From Callorhinchus milii (taxonomy: Eukaryota), in assembly GCF_018977255.1 (NCBI RefSeq), contig NW_024704743.1, positions 5,272,001 through 5,336,000 on the forward strand: DNA of 64,000 nt. The letters are read 5' to 3'. The position numbers were made by a program, and so were the translations under genes. Shown here one piece after another: positions 22,626-32,990 of this stretch (positions within the stretch are counted from its first letter, which is position 1; each line of letters begins with the position of its first letter). The notes under the pieces were generated by a model, which ran no database searches, was not told where the DNA came from, and worked only from the letters and a program-made list of their open reading frames with translations.

Positions 22626-22703
22626 CGGCTCAGCTCACGGTCGGTCTCGCCTCCGGATTCGCTCCTTGCAAACTTCCCCATCTTGTTTTTATATGGACTT
22701 GAG

Positions 22704-23528
22704 ATGGCCTCAGACCTGAGCCTGAATACTGAGCTGCCCACCAGCCCTTTAGCCATCGAGTACGTGAACGACTTCGACCTGATGAAATTCGAGGTGAAGA
22801 AGGAGCCGCCGGAGGCTGATCGCTACTGCAATAGGATCTCCGGCTCTCTGTCCTCCACCCCCATCAGCACCCCCTGCAGCTCGGTGCCCTCCTCCCCCAG
22901 CCTGTGTGCCCCGAGCCTTGCCAACAAGACACATCACCTGGAGGACCTGTACTGGATCAGCAACTACCAGCACCACATCAGCCCAGAGGCTCTCAACCTG
23001 ACCCCGGAGGATGCCGTGGAAGCCCTGATCGGGAGCTCCCAAGCCCACCACCACCATCACCACTTCGAGAGCTACAGGACCCAGCAGTACGCGGGGGAGG
23101 AGATGCCTGCAGGAGGGCACCATCAGCACCAGGCGCCTCTCCACCACCACCATCATCACCTGCGGCTGGAGGAGCGCTTCTCTGACGAGCAGCTGGTCAG
23201 CATGTCGGTGAGGGAGCTCAACAGGCAGCTGCGGGGCTTCACCAAGGAAGAGGTGCTGCGTCTGAAGCAGAAGCGAAGGACCTTGAAGAACAGGGGTTAT
23301 GCCCAGTCCTGCAGGTACAAGCGAGTGCAGCAGAGACACATGCTGGAGAGCGAGAAGTCGCTCCTTCAGCAGCAGGTGGAGCAGCTGAAGCAGGAGGTGG
23401 CGAGGCTGGGCAAGGAGAGGGATGCGTACAAGGACAAGTACGAGAAGCTGGCCAGGAGCTACAGGGAAGTGGGCTCCTCAGCCCCCAACCCCACCAAGAG
23501 CTCGGCTTCCAATCAGTTCTTCATGTGA
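22704..23528 (+). CDS. MAFA: Large Maf bZIP transcription factor, MafA orthologue; single coding exon, 274 aa
   Basis: ATG at 22704 (gagATGG) gives [40 protein letters not shown], the large-Maf N-terminal activation domain. It is followed by the S/T-P cluster [20 protein letters not shown], His tracts, the EHR ([21 protein letters not shown]), the basic region ([22 protein letters not shown]), a leucine zipper and the FFM* end. The KKEPPEA motif and the upstream ZC3H3 exon favour MAFA over MAF, MAFB or NRL. The ORF-track start at 22683 is a TTG. Confidence 0.95.
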   Translation: MASDLSLNTELPTSPLAIEYVNDFDLMKFEVKKEPPEADRYCNRISGSLSSTPISTPCSSVPSSPSLCAPSLANKTHHLEDLYWISNYQHHISPEALNLTPEDAVEALIGSSQAHHHHHHFESYRTQQYAGEEMPAGGHHQHQAPLHHHHHHLRLEERFSDEQLVSMSVRELNRQLRGFTKEEVLRLKQKRRTLKNRGYAQSCRYKRVQQRHMLESEKSLLQQQVEQLKQEVARLGKERDAYKDKYEKLARSYREVGSSAPNPTKSSASNQFFM

Positions 23529-23704
23529 AACCCGAACCAGGCAACGAAAGGAACAGCGGACAGTTTTTTGATGTGACTTTCACTTAGTGTACAGAACTTT
23601 TTGGGGGCGGGAGGGTTGATGTAAATAATTTTAAAGAGGACGTGTAGGACTAAGGATCTCTGAATGTTTTTTTTGTTTGTTTGGAGAAGGGATTCTGTCA
23701 AAAG

Positions 23705-23900
23705 TAATAATGATAATTTGGTCACTCAATCCACAGCGGTTTGCGGGACACTACTGCGAGCAATTAATTGGCTGCCGCGTTTCGCCCACAAAATTATACA
23801 GTCGATCTGCTTTACAGTGTTTTCGGTGAAGCGCTTTGAGACGTCTCGAAGACGCGATAAGGCGCTGTATCAAAGGCAAGGATTATTATCATTTATTATT
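23705..23900 (+). mobile_element. SINE 3' half inside the putative MAFA 3' UTR
   Basis: ttggtcactcaatccac...attggctgccgcgtttcgcccac...gagacgtctcgaagacgcgataaggcgctgtatcaaaggcaaggattatt. Confidence 0.85.
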
Positions 23901-25221
23901 TCAGAAGCGGTTCAATTCTGAAAAGAGAAAGCGAATCCGAATTCTGGACATTAAAAACTACAGGGACCACCAAGTGGAGAGTGGGGAGAAGGAAGAGAAG
24001 ATTTTTTTTTTTTTTAAGTGTGAAAAAAAATCGTTTTACAGGGAAAAATAGACTGAATTGCAAAGACGTTACAAAATAGTGAATTTTAAACAAATGTGAC
24101 CTTTTTAAAGGGAACCCTGCATGCTGGACATGTACGGCATTTGAAGTACTTTCTCTTTTTTTTTGTATCTTGTGAGGGGCAAGGGAAGCATGGCTCCCAT
24201 GTGTTTTTAACCTTTCCCGGTCTAAGCAGCAGTTTGCAGTTGTGAGGGAAGTGGGAACTGAAGAAACCGAGTCACTCTTATTTACAATTATTATACCTGC
24301 CGCTGCTCACTCCCAGCTGAAACCCTGCTAACAGAAACAAGGGAAGAAATTAACACTCTCAGACCAACCCTGCAGTTATACAAAGCGTTTTTTCTTAAAG
24401 AAATTGTACAAAGCATAAAAAGAACTCTCTTTAATATTTAACTGCATCGTACCTGCAACATAGGTAGAATCCAGTTAGTATCTGCCTTTTTCGAATATAT
24501 ATTTTGCTTGATGTCTTTAAAACAAACTTTATATGTAAGAGCATGCAAATAATGTAAAGAAACAAAAAAGTGGTTTAATATTGTAGATATAAGGAGAGAG
24601 AAGCCTACTGCACTATGGGGAAGCCAAATTTGTTTTATAAATAAGGCTTGTCTGTGTTTTTTTAAATTATTCTAATATTGCGTACTCTTCGTGTGAGATG
24701 CTGGATGAACAGAAGAGAGCTTGCGAGGACATCGTTCATGTTCGATCGTGCTGCTGAGTGCGTTTCAAGCAAACCTAAGTCAATCTTTCATTGCCGTGGA
24801 GGAGAAACGGTACTTTGCAGTGGCCGATTTTGCACTCGCTGGTTTCTGAACATATCAATTCTCCCCCCTCCCATCACCCTTCTCAGAGGAGCTGGACGGA
24901 GTCTGGCTGTAACCGCAATGCGACTTGTTTTAAAAATAAGTCTTTACATATAAAGGGAGATGATTGTAAGAGAGTCTGTGTTTTTTTTTATGTTCAGGGT
25001 TTTATTCCTGCGAGGTGATCCGTAATTCCAGGTCGTGGCTTTAGTCACGAAACGGCAAGCTACTGAACTTTGGTGTCAGAGGATGGCAAGGATTTATAGA
25101 TTTATAAGGATTTATAGTTCCTAATTTTACGGTGGTTTGTTAGAAATTCCAGTTTAATGCTTTTTACACTAGATTTTAAAAAAATATATACATGGGATCA
25201 AAGAGATCTGGGTGTTTCATC

Positions 25222-25227
25222 AATAAA
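25222..25227 (+). terminator. Candidate MAFA polyadenylation signal (alternative AATAAA at 25391)
   Basis: AATAAA at the end of an AU-rich, UTR-like stretch ~1.7 kb after the stop. Confidence 0.5.
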
Positions 25228-26249
25228 GGTATATTATAATGAATGCGCTGGTTTGAGAAGAGATAAAATGTTCCTCCCTCATCGGTCGCAAGCTTTTGTC
25301 TTGTTAGGGTGTGAGATTGAATGAATTGAAGACTGACGGAGCAGATGGGAGGGTAAGAAAATTCTGGAGTAGCTTACCATTGTTGGAATGAATAAAGAAA
25401 AATTAACAGAGGATTAAATGCATTCTAAAACACAACGAATAATGACCCAAAGGGCAGCAAGTGCACTGTACCGTTAGCAGCTAAGCTAATGCTCAGTCAC
25501 TGCAACATGAGTTACTTTGCGTTAAGTATCTCATCATAAATATTTTTGCTCTCCTTTCACAGGAGGGGAAGAGAGGGAATGAGATGTTTAAGCTTCGCCA
25601 GTAATATTGCATGTTCTCGCTGTTTTATGATTAAATATCAACTGATTTATTTAATCTCAAAGCTGATGTCGGGACAAGTACTGAACCTTTCTTTACAGAG
25701 ATCTGCCTTGTCGGACGCTGAGAAAAATGGGTTTTCCGTTCTGTTTGCGCTTGACACTTACAATAAGAGGGAATAACCTATCCCTCCCTCATCCGAAGCT
25801 AATGTGTTCCTTGTTCGTGGGATTTTTCTGAACACGTTTTTTTTAAAAAAAAATGCTTTTTGAAACAAAGATTTTTTTTCCACGGGAAGAAGCTTCAGAG
25901 AGTAATTGTAACCAAATCCAAATAGTTCAGACAATAGTTCACGCCTCCCCTGTTTTGGTTTACGTTATAATTGTCAGTCCCCGGGCCAGATAGAGCAGTG
26001 CCATTTGAGGTGATCTCGCAGCTCCGCACCGACAACGGCATTCAAACAAATCCCCCTTTTCCTGGATGGTCCCAGTTAGCTTGTCACTCGCGCTCGGTAG
26101 AAAGGTGACACGAGAGACTGCTAAACTCTCGTCTTGAATTAATGCTGTGAATTGTACGTCGCCGTGTGCCTAAGTGCTGCACTTTCAGGGAGAGAAAGAG
26201 AGAGAACGAAGCGTCTGTCGTGGACTGTCCACGCAGGGCAGCTGAGCGT

Positions 26250-26423
26250 TTACTCAATCCACGGCTGTTTGTGGGACGCTGCTGTGCGCAATTGGCTGCC
26301 GCGTTTCGCCCACAAAATGCACAGTCAATCCACTTCATAGTATATTCTGTCGAGCGCTTTGAGACGTCTCGAAGACTTGATAAGGCACTATATCAAATAC
26401 AAGGATTATTATTATTATTATTA
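26250..26423 (+). mobile_element. SINE 3' half
   Basis: Body and tail match. Confidence 0.85.
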
Positions 26424-27127
26424 CTTGTGTGTGCCTCCTCTTCTGAGTCGGGTCGCTTTTATCTCAGTGTAAGGTGATGTCTAGTGCTGCAGAACACCAT
26501 CGCGCAAGATTATCCTGAGAGCTGTCAAATCCGGCAAGGTGACTTTAATTGAATGTCATTCTTATGCAATGGAAAATTGCATTTGTGTTCCACACAGGGA
26601 GAAAGAGTGAGTGTGTTGGCGAACGAGAAAGAGAGAGAGAGAGAGAGAGAGGAGTTCATTCCTTCAACGATAAAGCTTTTGAGTATTTTACTGGCTGGGC
26701 AGTAGTGTTTCTAAACCAAATAAAAGCAACTTTAAAATACATATATAATTTTGTGATGCATGATGATTGTTCACTGGTATAAGCTAACGTGAGCCGCCGG
26801 GTGGGAGAGAACAGTATCTAACGAGAATATTTGAGTCTACCTACAATTCTGATAACAGGAGCTCTGAGGATAATAAAAAGTCGTATCTGTCCAGCAACTG
26901 TTATGAGCCTGAAGCATTCTATTTCTCATTTGAGGATTGAAAGAGCTTTCAGCAGCAAAGTCTTCACTGCGTTTGTGGCTGTGTTTTTCATGGGAAGTTC
27001 CAGCGTTTGTGCCCGCTAATCAGATTCTAGGGCCTCTGTACACAGCTATCTCTCTCACCCAGTCTGGGCAATTGTTTTTTGCGTTCAAAGGAGTGACCAG
27101 TTTGAAAAGTCATCGTTGCAAACAAAA

Positions 27128-27312
27128 AATAATGATAATTTGGCCAGTCGATCCACGGCCGTTTGTGGGACGCTGCTGTGCGCAATTGGCTGCCGCGTTT
27201 CTTCCACAAATTTATTACAGTCAATTCACTTTACAGTGTATCCTGTGAAGCGCTTTGAGACGTCTCAAAGACGTAATAAGGTGTTATATCATATACAAGG
27301 ATTATTATTATT
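27128..27312 (+). mobile_element. SINE 3' half
   Basis: Body and tail match. Confidence 0.85.
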
Positions 27313-28707
27313 TGTGCTCTAAGTGTTGAAATGATACAATACAACACAAAATGACATTAGTATAGCGCCTTTCACATCGGGAGGATGTCCCAAGGCGCTG
27401 GACAATCTGGGATTTGGACCTGAACTGGGGGGGGGGGTGGGCTCGGGATCAAGGAGGCCGGGGTGTAGAAGGGTGGCTGAAAGTGCGGTCGAAGAGGAGG
27501 GTCTTGAGACGTGCCTTGGTGGAGGCAAGGGAGCGTGCAAGGTGAAGGGAATGTGGGATGCAGTTCGGTGATTCCTCAATCCATCAATAATCAATTGTTT
27601 GCCAGTATTAAACAAAAGTGAGTTTAATACTCCGGGATGTGCTTTGTATCTTAATTCCTGGCTGTTCATTCATCTGTCTAATTTTGTTTGAATGTTTAAT
27701 GGGCGGTGCGGTTCTGGAACGACATTTCTCCAAAAAAAAATTCTATAAAAAGGTAGCCAGTCAGTAAAAAAAAAATTCCAAATTCAAAGTTTTTAAAAGC
27801 CTCTTAGAAATCCTGAGTGTGACACATTTATTGAACAGTAATACTTTCATTTGACATAACGCCTTATCACATAAAAATATCTCCAAGCGCCTCACACAAT
27901 GAGTCACTTTATAGGCCAACGGGGCAGCTAATCTGCACAGCTAGAGTCCCACAAAGAGCAAGAAGATGAATGAATCAGAAGCAGGCGGGCATAAATTGAG
28001 GATTATTACCGGAAGAAAAAAAGGGGGAGGTTGGGAGAATCTCTTTTTACACAGACTCTCACAAATGGCTGTGGAAGTGAAGTCCATAACAGCATTTGAA
28101 GGGAAATTGGATAATTCCTTCAGGAAAAATATGCGCAATTGGCTGCCGCGTTTCGCCCACAAAATACGCACTCAATTCACTTTGCGGTATATTCTCTGAA
28201 GCGCTTTGAGACCCCTCGAAGGTATGATGAGGCGCTATATCGAATGCGAAGATTATTATTATTTTAAATTGGAATAGGGAAAGAGCAGCGGAACTGTATT
28301 ACAGAGCGTAGACGGACATTTGTTTAGTGAATTTGATCAGGGAAGAACAATGGCCAGGACACTGAGCGAACTCTGTGGTCTCCTACAAAACAGTGTGTGG
28401 GATTATTAACGGCTATCTGACCCACCAACAATATAGCGCTCACTCACCGCGACACTGGTGTATCAGCCTAGATTATGAGCTCAAGTCCTGGGTTGGGGCC
28501 TAAACTCACAATATCCTGATCCGAGGTGAAAAGTGGCGCTAGTAATAACAAGAGCCCGAGATTGCAGATACATGAGGAAAGTTTGGTCTCCCTCCTGACA
28601 TACTTTTAGGGTTTGTGAGTTTGTGAACCTTTATCATGGGGCCCCAATAAATTATTCTTCGCTCATCGTTACACAGCTGTCCTTTACCCTCCCCCAAAAT
28701 ACATTTC

Positions 28708-29080
28708 ATGGCGTCCCGTAGCTTAGTGGTTGGAGCACTCACCTCACAAGTGAGAGGACCTGGGCTCGATTCCCAGCATGGCGAATTGTTGGGCAAGTTT
28801 CCTTACTCCACACGCCTCAGTTTACCTAGCAGTAAGTAGGAACCCACTTGTTAATTGATTGGCGGATCGCTTTTCCGGGGATAATAATCCCATCCAATTT
28901 TTTTTTAAAAATAATCGTTTGGTCACTCAATCCACGACTGTTTGTGGGACACTGCTGTGTGCAAATGGCTGCCGCATTTCGCCCACGAAGTACCCCGTCG
29001 ATTCCTTTTACGGTATATTCTACGAAGCTCTTTGAGACGTGATAAGGCCCTATATCAAATGCAAGGTGTATTATTATCAT
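28708..29080 (+). mobile_element. Full-length tRNA-headed SINE
   Basis: Head, body and tail present. Confidence 0.88.
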
Positions 29081-30006
29081 TTCATCAAGCGAAGACAGCA
29101 AAAAAAACTTTTTAAATAATAATAATCCTTCCATTTGATATAGATATATTTAAATGATCACATAAGATTTGAAATTGACGTCCCCACCTATCTACCCACA
29201 GCCCCCTTCTCCCTCCCCCAACCCCCCCCCCAACCACCCCACTCCCCCTCACTCCTGCGGTGAAATGGTTGGCTGGTTCAGCCACTGGCTGTTGCTAATG
29301 CCATTTGAATCCGCAGGGGAAGAATCGCACAGCTCAGCGAAAATAAAATAATAAAAAAAACTGCAAAGTCTACACTTTGGCCGGAAAACAATGGAGGCTT
29401 GCTCGGGCACACCAGAACAATCTAGCTGTGATGTCTGGGAGTGGTTCTATTCAGGGGCTGGGTTGGGGGCACAAACAACACAAACAACATAACAGCAGAG
29501 AGAGAGAGAGGGAGAGAGGGATGCAGTTGGGGAGCAGCGAGAGAGAGAGAAAGGGAGGGAGTGAGGGAGTGAGGGAGGGAGGGAGGGAGCACGATTGAGC
29601 AGGATGTCAAAACAGAACTGGGTTGCTGATCTGTACAAAAAAAGTGAAGTGAAACTGATGAATTACTTTCTCCGAGCCAATCAAGCACTTAACTCCTCAG
29701 GGACCGCGAGGCAAGAAATAGTCCATTTAAGAAATTCTGGCAAAACATTGCCTCCCCCCCCCCCACCCCTTGGGGGCACATCTCCTGGTTAGGGATGTTG
29801 CACTGGGAACGGGATTTTACCGCAAGTCAGAAAATCCATTCCAGTGTTGATTTTGAGACGTTCCTTTTGAATGACTTTGGAGTTTATCGCTGCATTAAAC
29901 ATCTCTGGAAAATGTATCTGATTTTAATAAAGGGAAACAACAAACGATGTACCTCGCTGTCAAGTGACGATTTGGGGGTTGGGGCGGTGGGAGGAAAGCG
30001 GGGAAT

Positions 30007-30438
30007 CCTTGGAGCTGAACCGGCTCCGACGTGACATGTTTGGTGACGGAATATCGGAATCTAGTCCGCTCTGTGGTAGTCTGTGGTAGTCCGGTTCCTG
30101 AGCCAGGCTGGTCCACAGTATTCCAGGGCACTGCTGATGACGGCACAGCCCAACCTGGCTCTTCGGTAGGACTTGGAAGAGCAGACCAGTCACTGGGGGC
30201 AGGGAGTCATCCCACTCAACTCCTGTTAACCCTGCAGCCAAAGCCCTAATGGGTATAGTGGTCCTAGCTGGACAAGCAGCGGGAAAGCTTGCCAGACAGC
30301 ACTATCAATAGCAAACTATGCGGTTTTTTGCTGGTTACATTCCAGCAGTTACCCCAACGAACACTCTGCGGGTCCCCCATGTTTTGGCTCCTGCCAAACC
30401 GCGCCTAATATTTTCCGGAATTAGGTAAGCAGGATGCA
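30007..30438 (+). mobile_element. Hairpin-rich repeat family, copy lacking the 3' end
   Basis: Aligns with 58114-58530. Confidence 0.8.
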
Positions 30439-30467
30439 ATTGCTCTAAGAGATAGTTATAATTTCTA

Positions 30468-30817
30468 ATAAATAATCCTTGCATTTGATATGGCGCCTTA
30501 TCATGTCTTTGAGCCTCAAAGCACTTCACAGAACATAATGTAAAGTGGGGTGACTGCATATTTTGTGGACGAAACGCAGCAGCCAATTGCGCAGAGCAGT
30601 ATCTCACAAAGAGTTGTAGTTGAGTGATCAAATAATAATTTATTTATTTTGAAGGGATTATAACCCCTGGAAAGCGATCCGCCAATCGACTAACAACTGG
30701 GTGCCTCTTACTACTAGGTAAAAAGAGGTGTGTGAAACAAAGAAACTTGCCCAGGAATCGAACCCAGGTCCTCTCTCTTGCGAGGTGAATGCTCTAACTA
30801 CTCTGCTACAGGACTCT
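30468..30817 (-). mobile_element. Full-length tRNA-headed SINE
   Basis: Head, body and tail present. Confidence 0.85.
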
Positions 30818-30849
30818 GCTATAGTATAGCAATTGCATAACAAATATTA

Positions 30850-31080
30850 AACGAGGAGTCGGGCGTGGGTGGGGGTGATGGGGTCACGGAGCCTGGTGCG
30901 GGAGAGGACAAGAGCTGCAAAGTTTTGGATGACCTGCAGCTTGTGGAGGGAAGAGTTGGGAAGGCCGACAACCTGGGAGTTGGCGTCGTGGAGCCTATGT
31001 GTAATAAATACGTGGATGAGGGTCTCGGCAGCCTGAGGGAAGAGGCAGTGGCGGAGCCGGGCGATGTGTCGGAGAAATAT
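30850..31080 (-). mobile_element. L2 RT C-terminal fragment
   Basis: LRHIARLRHCLFPQAAETLIHVFITHRL...LQVIQNFAALVL. Confidence 0.8.
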
Positions 31081-31559
31081 CAAGACTGAGAAATTTAGAG
31101 GTGACCAAAGGGTAAGAGACAAGTCATTTATAGCAAGTTGCCTCCATCTCCCGAAGGAAACCGTGGCAATGCCAGCACCGCAGCACCGCAGCACAGTATT
31201 GTTTGTGAATACATGGTAACATACCACACCATCATCATCATGTAAGTGATGCGATGGAGACAGCTCGCAGGAAGCCAAAACATTGGCTTTGTATTTTGCA
31301 ACTGAAATACTGAACAAACTGGTGAATCACAGTACATAATGGTGTCCTGTAGCTCAGTGGTTAGAGCACTCGACTCGTAAGCGAGAGTACCTGGGTTCGA
31401 TTCCCGGCAGGGTAAAATAATAACAATAATAATCCTTGCATTTGATACAGCGCCTTATCACGTCTTTGAGGCGTCTCAAAGCGCTTCGCAGAATATACTG
31501 TAAAGTGAATTGATATATTTTGTGGCAGCCAGTGATCAATTGCCTATCTGTTCCCTCAG

Positions 31560-31845
31560 CTCAGCAGGCTCCAGCCTGCTCCACACACCCCGTCAGGCCT
31601 GCCCCACCATTGGTGGTCGGGCCTTCAGTCTCTCTGCCCCCACACTTTGGAACTCCATCCCACAGTTCCTTCATCTCTCTCCCTCACTCGCCCCCTTCAA
31701 GGCACGTCTCAAGGCCTTCCGCTTCAACCGGGTCTTCGGCCACCCTCCTATTCTCCCTCCACCCCTCACCAGTTCGGTTCCAAACCCCTGACTGTCCAGC
31801 GCCTTGGGATGTCCTACCAATGTGAAAGGAGTTATACAAATGTAT
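31560..31845 (+). mobile_element. L2 3'-end fragment
   Basis: TIGGRAFSLSAPTLWNSIP...FKARLK plus tail. Confidence 0.8.
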
Positions 31846-32659
31846 TGGACTCCACACACCCCTGTTTACCCAGCAGTAAGTAGGAACCTGTTTGTTAGTC
31901 GATTGGTGGATCGCTTTTCCGGGAGTAATAATCGCTTAAAAAAAAACGATAATAATTTGATCACTTAAACCATGACTGTTTGTGGGACTCTGCTGTGCGC
32001 AACCGGCTGCCGCTTTTCGCCCACAAAGTGTGCAGTCAATTCACTTTACAGTAAATTCTGTGAAGCCCTTTGAGACGTCCAGAAGATGTAATAAGGGGCG
32101 ATATCAAATGCAAGGATGATTTATTATTCCATAATAGAAACAGTATGTATGATAAAATCAGTTATGTATATAATACAGTAAGTCTGTATTATAGTAGAAA
32201 TACCATATAAGTTAGAATATACAGCAGTATGGATATATGATACAATCAAGTGTATTTAATAGAGTCAGTGGGTATAATACAGACTGTGTGTGTGCGTTAA
32301 ATAATACAATCAGTGTTTAATCAGTGTATATTATAAAGCTGTAATCTAACAGTGGGTTTAAGATCAGACAAATGTCTGAATGATTAATGGTCCTTGGATT
32401 CAGTCCCTGGTATGTATTTTACTGTCGTGCATATCAGGCACAGAATGCTGGAATCCCAAAGGGTGCTCCGCAGAGGTGCTGATCACAGCCCGACCGACTT
32501 CATGGGGGTAATACAATATCAGAGGGAGCCCTGGTCACTGCTCTCACATGCCTCCTGGTGGGAAGTTTTAAGGCTAAAATTCCAAAGCTATTGCGGTACT
32601 GCTGTTTGTCAACTCCATGCTATCCCCTGCAGCGGGTGCTCCAGAGGAACCCCAAGCGG

Positions 32660-32990
32660 AAAATAATAATAAAGTAATAATCCTTGCATTTGATATATCG
32701 CCTTATCACATTTTCGAGATGCCGCAAAGCACTTCACAAAATATACTGTAAAGTGAATTGACTGTATATTTCTTGAGCAAAACGCAGCAGCCAATGGCGC
32801 ACAGCAGTGTCCCACAAACCGTCGTGGATTGAGTGACCAAATTATTATTATTTTTGAAGGGCTTATTACCCCCGGAAAAGCGATCTGCCAATTGATTAAC
32901 AACCGGGTTCCTACTCACTGCTAGGTAACCGGAGGAGTGTGGAGTAAGGAAACTTGCCTAAGGTTTCACCCTGACCGGGAATCAAACTCA
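32660..32990 (-). mobile_element. SINE, near full length
   Basis: B box, body and tail present. Confidence 0.85.

Noticed and set aside
21950..22702. 250-aa Pro/Ser/Gln-rich ORF ending just before MAFA
   Set aside because: It starts at TTG, has no Met, and is the translation of a C-rich tandem repeat.
22683..22703. 7-aa N-terminal extension of MafA in the ORF track
   Set aside because: It is a TTG start; homology begins at the ATG at 22704.
22749..23339. 196-aa antisense ORF over MAFA
   Set aside because: An expected shadow of GC3-rich codon usage; no independent support.
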